Shown: in pieces, positions 32,604 through 42,492 of the stretch
Numbering within the stretch: the first letter of the stretch is position 1
Layout: each line of letters opens with the position of its first letter
Source: a virus
IMG/VR virus record: IMGVR_UViG_3300031759_000010
Reading direction: 5' to 3' (one strand)
DNA length: 64,000 nt
Position numbers and translations under genes: made by a program
Notes under the pieces: model-generated
What the model was told of the DNA's origin: nothing
Seen by the model: the letters and a program-made list of their open reading frames with translations, nothing else
Databases searched by the model: none

Positions 32604-32975
32604 CTAAAACGTCAAAACATTTCCCTTGAGAGATTCTACAGCATCCGACATGGCCGTAACCTCGCGGCTGCGCCCCATCTCTCCGGCGTGACGATCCCTC
32701 AACCAGCACCCGATAGCCCTTTGGATGCTTTCCTTGGTGGGAGATCCTGCTCCGTGGTAGTTGCTGATCAGAGAATCCACATCAATCCATGCAGGCTCAC
32801 ACACGCCATTCACATGAACATGAACAGCAATCTCGCCGGTCTGCCGATCAAACTCCGAATTGAGAATCCGCAACATGCCTATAGCATGGCACGGCCGCTG
32901 CGTCAAAGTCAAAACATTTCTGCGGTCAATTCGTCTGATCGATTGTCTAGCTCGGTGCCGTGAAAGCCGTAACAA
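32604..32975 (-). CDS. Hypothetical protein (start uncertain, possibly ATG 32876)
   Basis: 123-aa ORF. The first third overlaps the upstream gene. Confidence 0.4.
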   Translation of the reverse strand: MLRLSRHRARQSIRRIDRRNVLTLTQRPCHAIGMLRILNSEFDRQTGEIAVHVHVNGVCEPAWIDVDSLISNYHGAGSPTKESIQRAIGCWLRDRHAGEMGRSREVTAMSDAVESLKGNVLTF

Positions 32976-33423
32976 TGCCGTTCTTGAAGGTCAATGACCC
33001 GTTCGATCCGCCGCCTGTCAGCTTGGCCAGAACCACGGTTCCACTCGCCCCACTCTGCGTCAACTGATTGAATTGAAGCTGGAGTCCGGTGAGACCCTTC
33101 AGGGCGCTCGGTCCGCCAAGGTCCAACTGGGGGCCGAGGGCTGGGGCGCTATACGAACTGTTCGCGTGAGACAGAGAAACGGCATCCGTGGGGTTCTCTG
33201 GCTTTGCCAGGCCCGTTAGCTTACCCCCGGCCACATCCACACCGGCAGGAAGAACGGACGGGCCTACGGCCCCATTCGCCAGATTGGCGGCGTTGACAAT
33301 CTGATCCATGAACTGGTTGAAATATGCCAACCCCCCCTCTGGAGCCAAATCCTCGGGGCGGAAGTTGGGCCTTTGAATAGGAACCGGATTGCTCTTTGTG
33401 GGCGCAACACTGCCTTTTGCCAT
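32947..33423 (-). CDS. Tail-fibre-like protein
   Basis: AGGAGG RBS. GGKLTGLAKPENPTDAVSLSHAN is the common N-terminal motif of phage fibre/spike proteins. Confidence 0.6.
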   Translation of the reverse strand: MAKGSVAPTKSNPVPIQRPNFRPEDLAPEGGLAYFNQFMDQIVNAANLANGAVGPSVLPAGVDVAGGKLTGLAKPENPTDAVSLSHANSSYSAPALGPQLDLGGPSALKGLTGLQLQFNQLTQSGASGTVVLAKLTGGGSNGSLTFKNGIVTAFTAPS

Positions 33424-33431
33424 ATATCCTC

Positions 33432-33641
33432 CTACGCCATCAAGCCGACGCTGCGGCTCGGTCTACGCCGGTCCTCATACCACTTCTCGCAGTCTGTAAG
33501 GCGATGAATGGAGAGTTCGAAGATATCGCGGCTCTCCATATGAGCCGCCCCGCACGAGTTGCAGTACGGGTGGTGGTCAATAAGCCACACGCAGCGCTTG
33601 CGGCGATTGTTGCACTTGAAGCAAAGGAGCCTTACGGTCAT
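33432..33641 (-). CDS. Small zinc-ribbon protein
   Basis: CFKC...CNSC. ATGA-coupled to the stop of the 1442-aa gene. Confidence 0.5.
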   Translation of the reverse strand: MTVRLLCFKCNNRRKRCVWLIDHHPYCNSCGAAHMESRDIFELSIHRLTDCEKWYEDRRRPSRSVGLMA

Positions 33642-36600
33642 GTCGTCAAATCCGCCTGTTTATATCCAACCGACTCAAGGCAGGCCTTCCACCAAAGCTG
33701 AGGAGACTGCCACATTTGGAAGCCCGTAGACCCCGAGGCGATGTTTCCCACCATTCTGAAGTCGCGCAGCTTGATTGCCGGGAAACGAACGCGCACCGTC
33801 GCGCGTCCAGGTTCTGCCGGGAGAGTGAAAGTGTAATAGGGGACCGTTGATCCGTCGGCATACAAGCCAAACGTCACGGCCAGTGCACTCGTGTAATCAA
33901 ACACGCACTGCTTGACCAGCTTGTTAAGCTCGGTCCCGCCAAGAATCCAGTAAGTGTCAAACGTGTAGCGGAACGCCGCCAGCTCGGCCGCGTATACGTT
34001 CTCCTGATAGAGAATAGGAGCCACGGTGACCGGCATGGTGTGAGTCAGAGACATGCGGTACCCCTGCTGCCCAAGACCGGCATTGACCTCAAGCTGCACT
34101 TTCTGGCGAGAGGTTGTTGACGCCGTGGCCAGCGGGACGGTAACCGAACCATCATCGAAGGTCAGCGAAGTCGTCATCACCTGACCCTGGGTGTTTACGT
34201 CCGTCTCGATCACGTTCCACTGCTTCGGATAGTGGGGCTTCCCAAGATCCTGATATGGCATCTGGATTGCGATGTTGATTGGGTTCTTGAGAAGGTATCC
34301 CGAGTACCACCCTCCATCGTCGTAATCCATTGAGTACACCTGATCCTGAACAATGGCGTAGTTCCCGGCGGAGATGAGATATGAGCCCAAAAAGGTGTTT
34401 GTGTCGCGCTCCCACAACATCGCCGTCATCGGCAAAGAGTCGTTCCTGAAGCGCTTGTATACCGTGTCGTAGATCAGGCGATAACGCAAACCGCTCAGAG
34501 AGATGTAGGAAACATACACCTCGTTGTTGTAGTAGCACATCACATCGTTTGCGGCTTGAGAGTTGTCGGCCAGAGGAAGTGGCGTGAGTGGATTGTTGCG
34601 GTATACCCACTCCACGGGAAGGCTCATATACGCGCCCTCCGAACCTTTGAACTCGCGCAGCCCGTCCGCCGCACGATACCAGATTGCCCCCTCCGTCTGA
34701 GTCCACCCTTGCTGGGCCACAATGCCATGCTGTGAGCCCGTTGGCTGCGCGATGGGGTTTGCCCCACCCTGGATGACATACCAGGTCGTCAGAGTGCCAA
34801 CAAAGAGCGTTCCGCGCCAGTTGATCACCGCGTTGATTGGATCCGACGGGGTGGATACGTTCAGGTAGTTCTCTGGACCAAAGTTTTCCGGCTGCCCCGG
34901 CTTCGAGAAGTAAAGATATCCGGGGTTGTTTTTGTCTCCGGCCAGCCACACGCGATTGTACGCAAGGGCGCACAGGTTACATGGTTGGCGAGGAACGGCA
35001 TAGACGTTTACCGGCTCTCCCTGATTGTGCTTCAGGCGGAGGATCGCATAAAACGTGGTCGTCGTGCTGGTTGTTCCTCCAACCTGAGTAATTGCCACCT
35101 CCTCCAGGTTTGAAGGGTTGCCGACAATAACAATTTGATTGACGACCAATCCCGAATACACGCCATTGACTGTCACCGCCTGCGGAGAAAAGGTGCTATA
35201 GGCGGAGTTAAGACCAGCCTGGGTGGTGGACAGTGCGAGTGTGGTCTGAATCGGGTTCACGAGAGAGCTTGTGACCGGCGGGTCGTTGTCTTCCACCAGA
35301 ATCTGCGCCTGACCAACATAGGAATCGGAGATCACATCCTTGAACACATATTGGCCGCCGCCGGTAATGTTGGGAATCTGTCCCACCTGAACCCAGTCCT
35401 GGGAAAGAACTCCGCCACGGCGATAGTTGCGAACATGAGTCACCTGCGGATCGGAAGAATACTGGCCAGTCACCCGAACAGCCTGACGAAGAACCGTCAG
35501 CGGATCTGTTGAGGCGAGATATCCGAAATCCTCATTGAAGGTCTGTTCTGGACACGGAGAAGACTCCGTTCCGGTGTTCGCGTTGTAATAGGTTTGGCGG
35601 TAATCGTACCCCACTCCAGCAAAAGACGATAGACCATACCCCCACTGCAAATACAGGCCGTTGACAGAAAACGTAACCCCCCCTGTATTGGTGTTGGTGG
35701 TAACGCCAAGGGTCCACCCGGTGACGTTCGACCAATTCAATCCGGGTTGACCGGCCTGTCCGACCGGCAAAAAATCTCCCCTCCTCATGTAGCAAGCAGA
35801 CCAGGAACCAGCGCCTGAAGAGATATTAGATGGCTGAATCTGTGCCGAGATAGACCCCGGAGGCTGACCAGTAACCAGGTTGAGGCTGTCAGCTAGAATC
35901 TGCTGCTCCGTTGCCGAATATGCCAGTTGGGTCTCTGCGACCGCCTGCTGGTAATAGGCTGGCGAAATGAACTTGGTGTAGTAGTTGACCGGATTGCCTA
36001 GATTGCTTGCCCCAACCCAGAATTGAAGCTGAATCTGAGACACATTGATAGGTGCCGATGTAAGGAGCGTTAACACAATCAGGTCGTCATCGGTAACCTG
36101 ATTGTTCTGGTTCAGGTCAAGGGCAACCGTTCTTGAGATGGTTCCAGTTGTTGGGGTTGATCCGCTACTTGCCGCCACGGTCCCAGACCACGCGCCAATA
36201 GGAAAACTGTTCAACGTGCTCGATGCGGTTCCGCTGTCAGAGGTAGACCCAACAGCTCCCGGGGTAAACGACGAATTGCTTGCCGTAAAGGTCGATCCGG
36301 TCGAGGCCACCGTGAACAGAAGACCATTCATCTGAAGCCCAATGGTTGTGCTTAGTCCGGCGATCAAAACCACCTGTCCAGAAACAAAGGAATTGGACGC
36401 AGTAACAAAGCTGACCACATTCCCGGCCGACACAGAGTACGATGTAATCGCCGCCGACACGGTAGACCCAACAGGAACCCACTGATAGAAACCCCAAGCC
36501 GTCATCTGAGATGGATAGGGAGTCGTGTACTGGTTGGACAAAGCGCAGGCATATGGAGACGACGCTCCTCCAGTAACATACCCCCCAGTGGCTCCAATGA

Positions 36601-37966
36601 TCGTTGCCGAAGTAAATGGAATGGTGAATGTGTTCGATGTCGGTGTGGCGGCAACCTGATAAAAACCATCCACTAAATCGCTGGAGGAGGCATAAATTCC
36701 AATCATGCTTCCAGCAGATAATCCGTGGGCGGTTGTCGTGGTGACAAGGAGTTGCGTATACAGCCCCCCCACCAAGGTCTGCGCTGTAACGGTGGAGATG
36801 GGAACATTGATCGTGGTGTTGGTGTTAAGAATTGACACCATGCCGTTCTGAACAGGACCAAATGCTCCGGGGTTGGAAACGGTGATTACGGCCCCGGTGA
36901 TTGAGGCGCTGCACGAGATGATGTTGTAGCTGAACGCTGTCGCTTGACACGTTACATTCAAATACACCGTATTGATGTTTGCCACGGAAAACGTCGCAGC
37001 CCCTCCGGCAGACACGACATTTCCGGTTATCGTATTCGAGTAGCTGTTCAAGGGTATCCATGTGACCCCAGAGTCCAGGCTATACTCATACGTCGCCGTA
37101 GCGTTGCCGTTGGCGTTGCTGGAAAATGAGAAGCTTACGCTTCCAAACACCTGCACGGTGACGGTCTGTCCAGACACCGGAACCAGAGAAGGAAAACCAT
37201 AAACATTTGCTCCCGCCTGCGGGCCCACGCTCCCGGGAACGCTTATCGAAACAGAAGAAATGTTCGTCGATGATGTTGGGGTATACTGAGAGCCTCCTCC
37301 GCCAGCCGGAGATATCTGCGAAAACTGACTGAAATCCGTAACCATAGAACCGGACGATGCGTTAAGGGTTTCAATGTTCGACCACCCCCACCCGGTCACG
37401 CTTGCTGATACGCTGTACGGGTTTGATATATTCGCAAACGAGTCGATCATCGACAGAAGCGGCGCATACGGAATAGAGTTCACCGTATACGGAGACATGT
37501 CGATGCCTGTCAACTGTGAAGCTGAAAGGCTGCCGTTGTCTTTGATTGAAACGCTCTGGTCGTAGATGAACAGGTATGGCTGGCTGGTCTCAAAACAGGC
37601 AGTAATCAGGGAATCGAATGGCTTTCCAGACATCCCTGAGTAAATAGACGTGTAGCTTCCCTGAGAGTTTCCGGAGATGCGGTAAAGACTCCCGTCAGAT
37701 GTCCCCGCATACCGCCACGCGCTGCCTTGATAGGTCAGCCGGGCAAGCGATGTCACAGGGTATGAGAAGTAGTAGTTGTTGGCGGTGACGGCGTTGCGAT
37801 TGATCACAAGCGTACCGTACCGCGAGGACATGGACGTCTCTTCGCGAACCTGACAGTTCAGGGTCGTCAGATATGTGTACTCGGGAGCGCGGTCCGTGAT
37901 ATCCCGCGCAATCAAACCCTTCGATGAATAAAGGTACGATACCGGCCGGTAGGCTGTGTCTGTCAT
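33638..37966 (-). CDS. Giant tail/baseplate structural protein
   Basis: 1442-aa ORF with Ser/Thr/Gly-rich beta-type sequence. Lies in the tail module and is coupled at both ends. Confidence 0.75.
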   Translation of the reverse strand: MTDTAYRPVSYLYSSKGLIARDITDRAPEYTYLTTLNCQVREETSMSSRYGTLVINRNAVTANNYYFSYPVTSLARLTYQGSAWRYAGTSDGSLYRISGNSQGSYTSIYSGMSGKPFDSLITACFETSQPYLFIYDQSVSIKDNGSLSASQLTGIDMSPYTVNSIPYAPLLSMIDSFANISNPYSVSASVTGWGWSNIETLNASSGSMVTDFSQFSQISPAGGGGSQYTPTSSTNISSVSISVPGSVGPQAGANVYGFPSLVPVSGQTVTVQVFGSVSFSFSSNANGNATATYEYSLDSGVTWIPLNSYSNTITGNVVSAGGAATFSVANINTVYLNVTCQATAFSYNIISCSASITGAVITVSNPGAFGPVQNGMVSILNTNTTINVPISTVTAQTLVGGLYTQLLVTTTTAHGLSAGSMIGIYASSSDLVDGFYQVAATPTSNTFTIPFTSATIIGATGGYVTGGASSPYACALSNQYTTPYPSQMTAWGFYQWVPVGSTVSAAITSYSVSAGNVVSFVTASNSFVSGQVVLIAGLSTTIGLQMNGLLFTVASTGSTFTASNSSFTPGAVGSTSDSGTASSTLNSFPIGAWSGTVAASSGSTPTTGTISRTVALDLNQNNQVTDDDLIVLTLLTSAPINVSQIQLQFWVGASNLGNPVNYYTKFISPAYYQQAVAETQLAYSATEQQILADSLNLVTGQPPGSISAQIQPSNISSGAGSWSACYMRRGDFLPVGQAGQPGLNWSNVTGWTLGVTTNTNTGGVTFSVNGLYLQWGYGLSSFAGVGYDYRQTYYNANTGTESSPCPEQTFNEDFGYLASTDPLTVLRQAVRVTGQYSSDPQVTHVRNYRRGGVLSQDWVQVGQIPNITGGGQYVFKDVISDSYVGQAQILVEDNDPPVTSSLVNPIQTTLALSTTQAGLNSAYSTFSPQAVTVNGVYSGLVVNQIVIVGNPSNLEEVAITQVGGTTSTTTTFYAILRLKHNQGEPVNVYAVPRQPCNLCALAYNRVWLAGDKNNPGYLYFSKPGQPENFGPENYLNVSTPSDPINAVINWRGTLFVGTLTTWYVIQGGANPIAQPTGSQHGIVAQQGWTQTEGAIWYRAADGLREFKGSEGAYMSLPVEWVYRNNPLTPLPLADNSQAANDVMCYYNNEVYVSYISLSGLRYRLIYDTVYKRFRNDSLPMTAMLWERDTNTFLGSYLISAGNYAIVQDQVYSMDYDDGGWYSGYLLKNPINIAIQMPYQDLGKPHYPKQWNVIETDVNTQGQVMTTSLTFDDGSVTVPLATASTTSRQKVQLEVNAGLGQQGYRMSLTHTMPVTVAPILYQENVYAAELAAFRYTFDTYWILGGTELNKLVKQCVFDYTSALAVTFGLYADGSTVPYYTFTLPAEPGRATVRVRFPAIKLRDFRMVGNIASGSTGFQMWQSPQLWWKACLESVGYKQADLTT

Positions 37967-39075
37967 TTCTTTACCCCCATCGCCGCTCCCTGCTCACCCT
38001 CGAAAAACCTCTGTACGATAGCAATCCCGCGATCCACTCTCATCTTGCAATACCCCGCGCGTTGCGGAGAAGCCCATATTCCATCCTTCGAACAGGCATA
38101 CTCCAGCGCCTTCCATTTCGCCAGATACACCAAGCAGTCAGGAAGAACGAACCCGTCAGCCAGGGTCAGTGTGTCGTTGTCGCGGATGCTGTACGTCAGG
38201 TTTATGGGAAAATTACTCTGCGGCTTCGCGTTCAAGCCCCACTTATAATTCCCAGCCCTATCCTCAAACCAAGATGTCGGCGGGATAAACGTATCGTTCC
38301 TCCATGTCCTCTCCTGCATTGTCTGCTCCTCCTGGGTAATCTCATAGAGGCGGTTAAACAATGCGAAGGATGCCGTAGCCGATGATGCCGATCCATATTG
38401 GATATAGGTTATTGTCGTCAAGGAAACGACAGAGGCGACACTGAACGCACCCAGGAACGACGTATCGGGAGACGACGCGTAAACCGTGAACGTCTGCCCT
38501 TGAGTCATGCCGTGATTATAAGGAAACACGGCGGTCACGGTTCCCGTTCCGTTCCTTGTCAGAGCAACCATTGTCAGCGATTGCGTGGACAAGGACACCC
38601 GCTCCATCTCCACCATGTTCGCCGGAGAACTCTGGAATATCTGACCAAACACAGCCGTCGCCGGAGACTGCGAATACACCACGGGGAGCTGGGAAAGAAT
38701 CTCATTTTGGGCGCGAGACAGGTAGCTTAAAAACTCGGCCTGGGTGTAGATTGGATCGGTTGCCTGCTGAAGCGGCCAAGTGGCCCCACTGACCACCACT
38801 CCGGCGGCATGAGCATAAACAAAACTTGCAGATACAGTGCTCGAAGACACCGCAGTCAAGGTGATAACCTCGTTGCCGTTCGTCGCATCAGTGACCAGAA
38901 GTTGAGCCCCCACATACACCGCATATGTGGGGATCCCAAAAGACGACAACGCAAAGACATTTGGACCCACCGTTACAGGATTGGACAATGTTGCATAGAC
39001 TATCGGCTGAACGAGGTGAAGAGAGCACTCGATCAAAACATCGTTCGCCAGCCTGTATCCATTGCCGGGGATCAC
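37963..39075 (-). CDS. Tail/baseplate structural protein
   Basis: 370-aa ORF with GTG start after GAGGTG. Position within the tail module. Confidence 0.6.
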   Translation of the reverse strand: MIPGNGYRLANDVLIECSLHLVQPIVYATLSNPVTVGPNVFALSSFGIPTYAVYVGAQLLVTDATNGNEVITLTAVSSSTVSASFVYAHAAGVVVSGATWPLQQATDPIYTQAEFLSYLSRAQNEILSQLPVVYSQSPATAVFGQIFQSSPANMVEMERVSLSTQSLTMVALTRNGTGTVTAVFPYNHGMTQGQTFTVYASSPDTSFLGAFSVASVVSLTTITYIQYGSASSATASFALFNRLYEITQEEQTMQERTWRNDTFIPPTSWFEDRAGNYKWGLNAKPQSNFPINLTYSIRDNDTLTLADGFVLPDCLVYLAKWKALEYACSKDGIWASPQRAGYCKMRVDRGIAIVQRFFEGEQGAAMGVKK

Positions 39076-39100
39076 CTTGCACCTCGAATGTCAGTTGCGG

Positions 39101-39457
39101 TTAGAGACTGGCAACCGTCTCCGGCATGATCAGCCTCTGCTTCTCGGAGTTGGTAACCTCGGGAAAAAGCGGAGCGCCTTCCTTTTCCTCAGCGCTGACC
39201 GCATCGGGGTGCTCTGCCAGATATGCCTCCTTGGAGGCCGGGAAGTGCCCCTTGCCGCCACAAAGATTGCAGGTGGACTCCATGGTTCCAACAGATCCGC
39301 CAACCGAAACCACTGTCTTCCCCTTGCCATCACAGTTCAGGCAAAGAGCCACATAGCCACGGTCAAAACAGTGCTGACAAAACACATGGCTCACTCCCTG
39401 GTTGGGAAGGCACAGTCCACACTTACTGACCGGCCCACGATAATCGCTCAGATTCAT
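39101..39457 (-). CDS. DnaJ-type CxxCxGxG zinc-finger protein
   Basis: Strong RBS GAGGAGGAAG. Motifs CLNCDGKG and CNLCGGKG, plus CGLC and CQHC. Confidence 0.65.
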   Translation of the reverse strand: MNLSDYRGPVSKCGLCLPNQGVSHVFCQHCFDRGYVALCLNCDGKGKTVVSVGGSVGTMESTCNLCGGKGHFPASKEAYLAEHPDAVSAEEKEGAPLFPEVTNSEKQRLIMPETVASL

Positions 39458-39469
39458 ACTTCCTCCTCG

Positions 39470-40168
39470 TTACCTTTGATCCGGAGCCTGTCCCCGGTCT
39501 GCTGCCGCGCCAACCCCGCGCGTGAAAATGTAGGGGTCGCGGCGATCCTCGATGGCGGTCATGCGCTTCATATCCGCCAAGAACCCATCATACAGGCTGA
39601 TGGCTGTCTGAAACTCAATTCCGCTCTCCTTGAAGCGAAGGTAGTGGGCGGCATACTTCTCTACCGCCTGGACGAATTCATCGTGAAGATTGATGGTCTG
39701 GGTACCCAGGAACGGCCACGCCGTCTGTATGGGGCTCTGGATGCCGGTAATGGTCACATTCTGAGCCTGTGGGACACATGGCCACACGAAAAATTTGGTG
39801 AACCCCAAGGGCCCCCACCGCATGATTGTCTGGCCGGGCGTCACGTCATTCTCCCAGTCAGACCCATTCCCCGACTGAAGAAAATCCATGTCCCTCAAGG
39901 TCCACTTCCACACCTGAGACGCCGGGCCCTGAATATCGGTAATCGCCAACACCCCTGTCGGCATTGTCTGCCAGGGAGTATTGGGGGCGATGGACATCAC
40001 CTGTGTCACAGTTTGGGTGGGGCGGCCGACAAGAAGGGTGGCCTCACATAGAGCCTCATTGATTGCGGTGAATATCTCGAAGGACTCGCTCCAGAAAACG
40101 GGAGCCCCGCGTACTTCCTCAACGCGATCCTCAACAAGATACGCGGACTGCTGCACCGTTATCGACAT
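39470..40168 (-). CDS. Structural protein (unknown)
   Basis: 232-aa ORF tightly packed in the virion module. Confidence 0.6.
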   Translation of the reverse strand: MSITVQQSAYLVEDRVEEVRGAPVFWSESFEIFTAINEALCEATLLVGRPTQTVTQVMSIAPNTPWQTMPTGVLAITDIQGPASQVWKWTLRDMDFLQSGNGSDWENDVTPGQTIMRWGPLGFTKFFVWPCVPQAQNVTITGIQSPIQTAWPFLGTQTINLHDEFVQAVEKYAAHYLRFKESGIEFQTAISLYDGFLADMKRMTAIEDRRDPYIFTRGVGAAADRGQAPDQR

Positions 40169-40170
40169 GA

Positions 40171-40755
40171 TTAGCCCTGCGTCATCTGCACAACAACCTT
40201 GTCCCCGTTTGCGCCGTTGATCCAGAACTCCGTCGTGTTGTACGCATGCGCCTTATCCGTGGTCGGAGTCTGAAAGACATTGAACACATAGGTTCCGGTC
40301 GAGGGATTGGTCAAAATCGAATAGGTCTGCGTACTCGCGGCTCCAGTTGTCCAATCCCTGCCCAAGTAAATAAGGGCGGAGTTTCCCTGAACCGGGGCGA
40401 CTGTCACCGTCTGGATCGCCTCATTGAGAAGAACATACGCACCACTCGGAACAGAGGCGTTCAAGCCTTTTACCGAGATGGTCGAGGCAGCCGAATTGAG
40501 GCCCGTAATCAGACCAACGTTCGGCTGGATGCTGGAGTTGTAAAGAGTGCTGCTCGTTCCGCATATGATCATCTGCCCGATGCGGAACCCCATCATCGAG
40601 GTCAGGGCCAGGGTTGTCTGGGACTGGTTTGCGCCAGTCACGTTTCCCGCGAATTGATCGTATACCGGCGTAGCTGCCGCGCTCGTCGTCGTGCCAAACA
40701 ACGGCTGCGCCGACCCATTCAATGTCAACAATCCACCAAAACCATAAATCGGCAT
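40171..40755 (-). CDS. Structural protein (unknown)
   Basis: 194-aa ORF tightly packed in the virion module. Confidence 0.6.
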   Translation of the reverse strand: MPIYGFGGLLTLNGSAQPLFGTTTSAAATPVYDQFAGNVTGANQSQTTLALTSMMGFRIGQMIICGTSSTLYNSSIQPNVGLITGLNSAASTISVKGLNASVPSGAYVLLNEAIQTVTVAPVQGNSALIYLGRDWTTGAASTQTYSILTNPSTGTYVFNVFQTPTTDKAHAYNTTEFWINGANGDKVVVQMTQG

Positions 40756-40756
40756 C

Positions 40757-41086
40757 TTACCGCTCCTTGCGCCTGGGCTCAGACTTATAGCTGGTCCCGT
40801 TCAGTACGCCGCCCATGCTCTCTCTCACGTTGTCCATGACGCTGGCTTTGACTTCAATCATCTTCCCCGGCGGCACGCCAATTGATGTCCAAACCCCAGA
40901 CCTGTCCATCTTCTCCGCTTTTTTCTGATAGGCAGGATTGGTCTCCCACTTCAACTTGGTCTTCAAGCGGCTCTGGTCAATCGCGAAGCTCGACTCCGGA
41001 GAAATAGAATCCCTGGTTGCCTCAACGCCCCAATCGGAGGCGTTGCGGCGGTTGCGGAGCCCGTAAAAGTCATCAATCTTCGGCAT
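40757..41086 (-). CDS. Hypothetical virion-module protein
   Basis: 109-aa ORF abutting its neighbours. Confidence 0.55.
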   Translation of the reverse strand: MPKIDDFYGLRNRRNASDWGVEATRDSISPESSFAIDQSRLKTKLKWETNPAYQKKAEKMDRSGVWTSIGVPPGKMIEVKASVMDNVRESMGGVLNGTSYKSEPRRKER

Positions 41087-41472
41087 CAGCTTCTCCTTAG
41101 ATACTTCGTGTCGATTCCGCGCTCAACCAGCCGCGAAGTTACATATTCCCTGCGGTCCCTGATGTTCTTGTACAGCCCAGAGTCAAAGGTGTTTGCCTTC
41201 TGGTCCGGAGGGATATAGTTCTCACCGTAAGATGTCACGGCGTGGACAAAGTGATACTTCTCCTCAGCCTTGCTCATATCCCTCAAGCTGTTCACGACTA
41301 TCGGCCTTCCGTTTTCATCGTGAGCATGCTCAAGAACCAGGCCCTGATACGGAGAATTCACGTTGTCGGCAGAGTGGTCTTTTCCCAAGCATCCGCAATC
41401 GGTTCCAATCCACTCTTTGCCACGAAGGGCCCGGCGGTATTGTGGCACCTGACATCTATCGCAAACCTGCAT
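41086..41472 (-). CDS. Hypothetical virion-module protein
   Basis: ORF 41086..41583. ATG 41472 gives TAATG coupling with the upstream stop. Confidence 0.55.
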   Translation of the reverse strand: MQVCDRCQVPQYRRALRGKEWIGTDCGCLGKDHSADNVNSPYQGLVLEHAHDENGRPIVVNSLRDMSKAEEKYHFVHAVTSYGENYIPPDQKANTFDSGLYKNIRDRREYVTSRLVERGIDTKYLRRS

Positions 41473-42482
41473 TACCAACCCTCTCCCAACGGTCCCCATC
41501 CACCCATGGTGGCGGGTGAGGCGTGAGTCGCATCCCAATAAGCCCCGCCGGGGTTGAACATCGGCAACTGCTCCGACTTCCACTCCACATTCTGGCGGTA
41601 CAGATTCTCATCAGCCCTTGCCATCTGGTCGAGTTCAGAATTGAACTCCCCCATCAACTGAGCCGCTCTCTGAAGATTATAGTACGGATTCTTCTTGGGG
41701 CCGCGCCAGGTTAGCGCCTGGGCTATCGCATGCTTGGCAACAATGTCTCCGCGAATAAACGGAGGCAGGTTATCGGTATCGTAGACCAGATTCGGAGGCT
41801 GTATGTAGGCCGAGTAGGGGAAGCTCTGCTGGATAATCGGCACCGGATACATCTCGATGACATAGTTGCCGTATTGGTCGGGGGCGGTCGGAGCAATGCC
41901 ATACGGAGAGAACTGCTGCGCCCTCCATGGATCAGTCGAATCCAGGGTCTTCTGATTGAGATTCGTCCACATCCTGTAACCCAGCAACAGGTTCTTCATT
42001 TCGTAGACGTATTTGATGTTCCCGCCGATGTTGTAATAATACTGGGCAATGAAGTATCCCCAGGTGCCGCTATTCCATCCCCACGGCAGATTTATGGTCA
42101 GGGAGGTGGTCGAGTTCACGGCCGTGATGGTGTAGATCGGCGCGTTATAGCCAACGCGAAACTGCCTGCCAACCATTGAACTCGTCCAGGTGGTTCCCGT
42201 TCCGGTAACCGATTGGGATCCATTCGCCACCGTGGCTGTGCCGATATTGTAGACCTGCGGAGAATTGACCTGCCCGTTGATCATCAAGCCGAACCAGTTG
42301 CGCCGGTCATAGATGACGCGCACCGCCTCGTTCACAAAGATGCCAGCCTGCGATCCCCCGGTGTCTGGATTCTCTGACGCCACTCTTCCCTGCAATTGTC
42401 CATAATTATATTGCTGACTGTAAGGAGGCGAAGAGTTAGGCAATAATTGACCACTTGGTTGTGGTGGTGCTGGTAACGGCAT
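41472..42482 (-). CDS. Structural protein (unknown)
   Basis: 336-aa ORF with a Pro/Gln-rich N-terminus. Confidence 0.6.
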   Translation of the reverse strand: MPLPAPPQPSGQLLPNSSPPYSQQYNYGQLQGRVASENPDTGGSQAGIFVNEAVRVIYDRRNWFGLMINGQVNSPQVYNIGTATVANGSQSVTGTGTTWTSSMVGRQFRVGYNAPIYTITAVNSTTSLTINLPWGWNSGTWGYFIAQYYYNIGGNIKYVYEMKNLLLGYRMWTNLNQKTLDSTDPWRAQQFSPYGIAPTAPDQYGNYVIEMYPVPIIQQSFPYSAYIQPPNLVYDTDNLPPFIRGDIVAKHAIAQALTWRGPKKNPYYNLQRAAQLMGEFNSELDQMARADENLYRQNVEWKSEQLPMFNPGGAYWDATHASPATMGGWGPLGEGW

Positions 42483-42492
42483 GTCTTACCTC

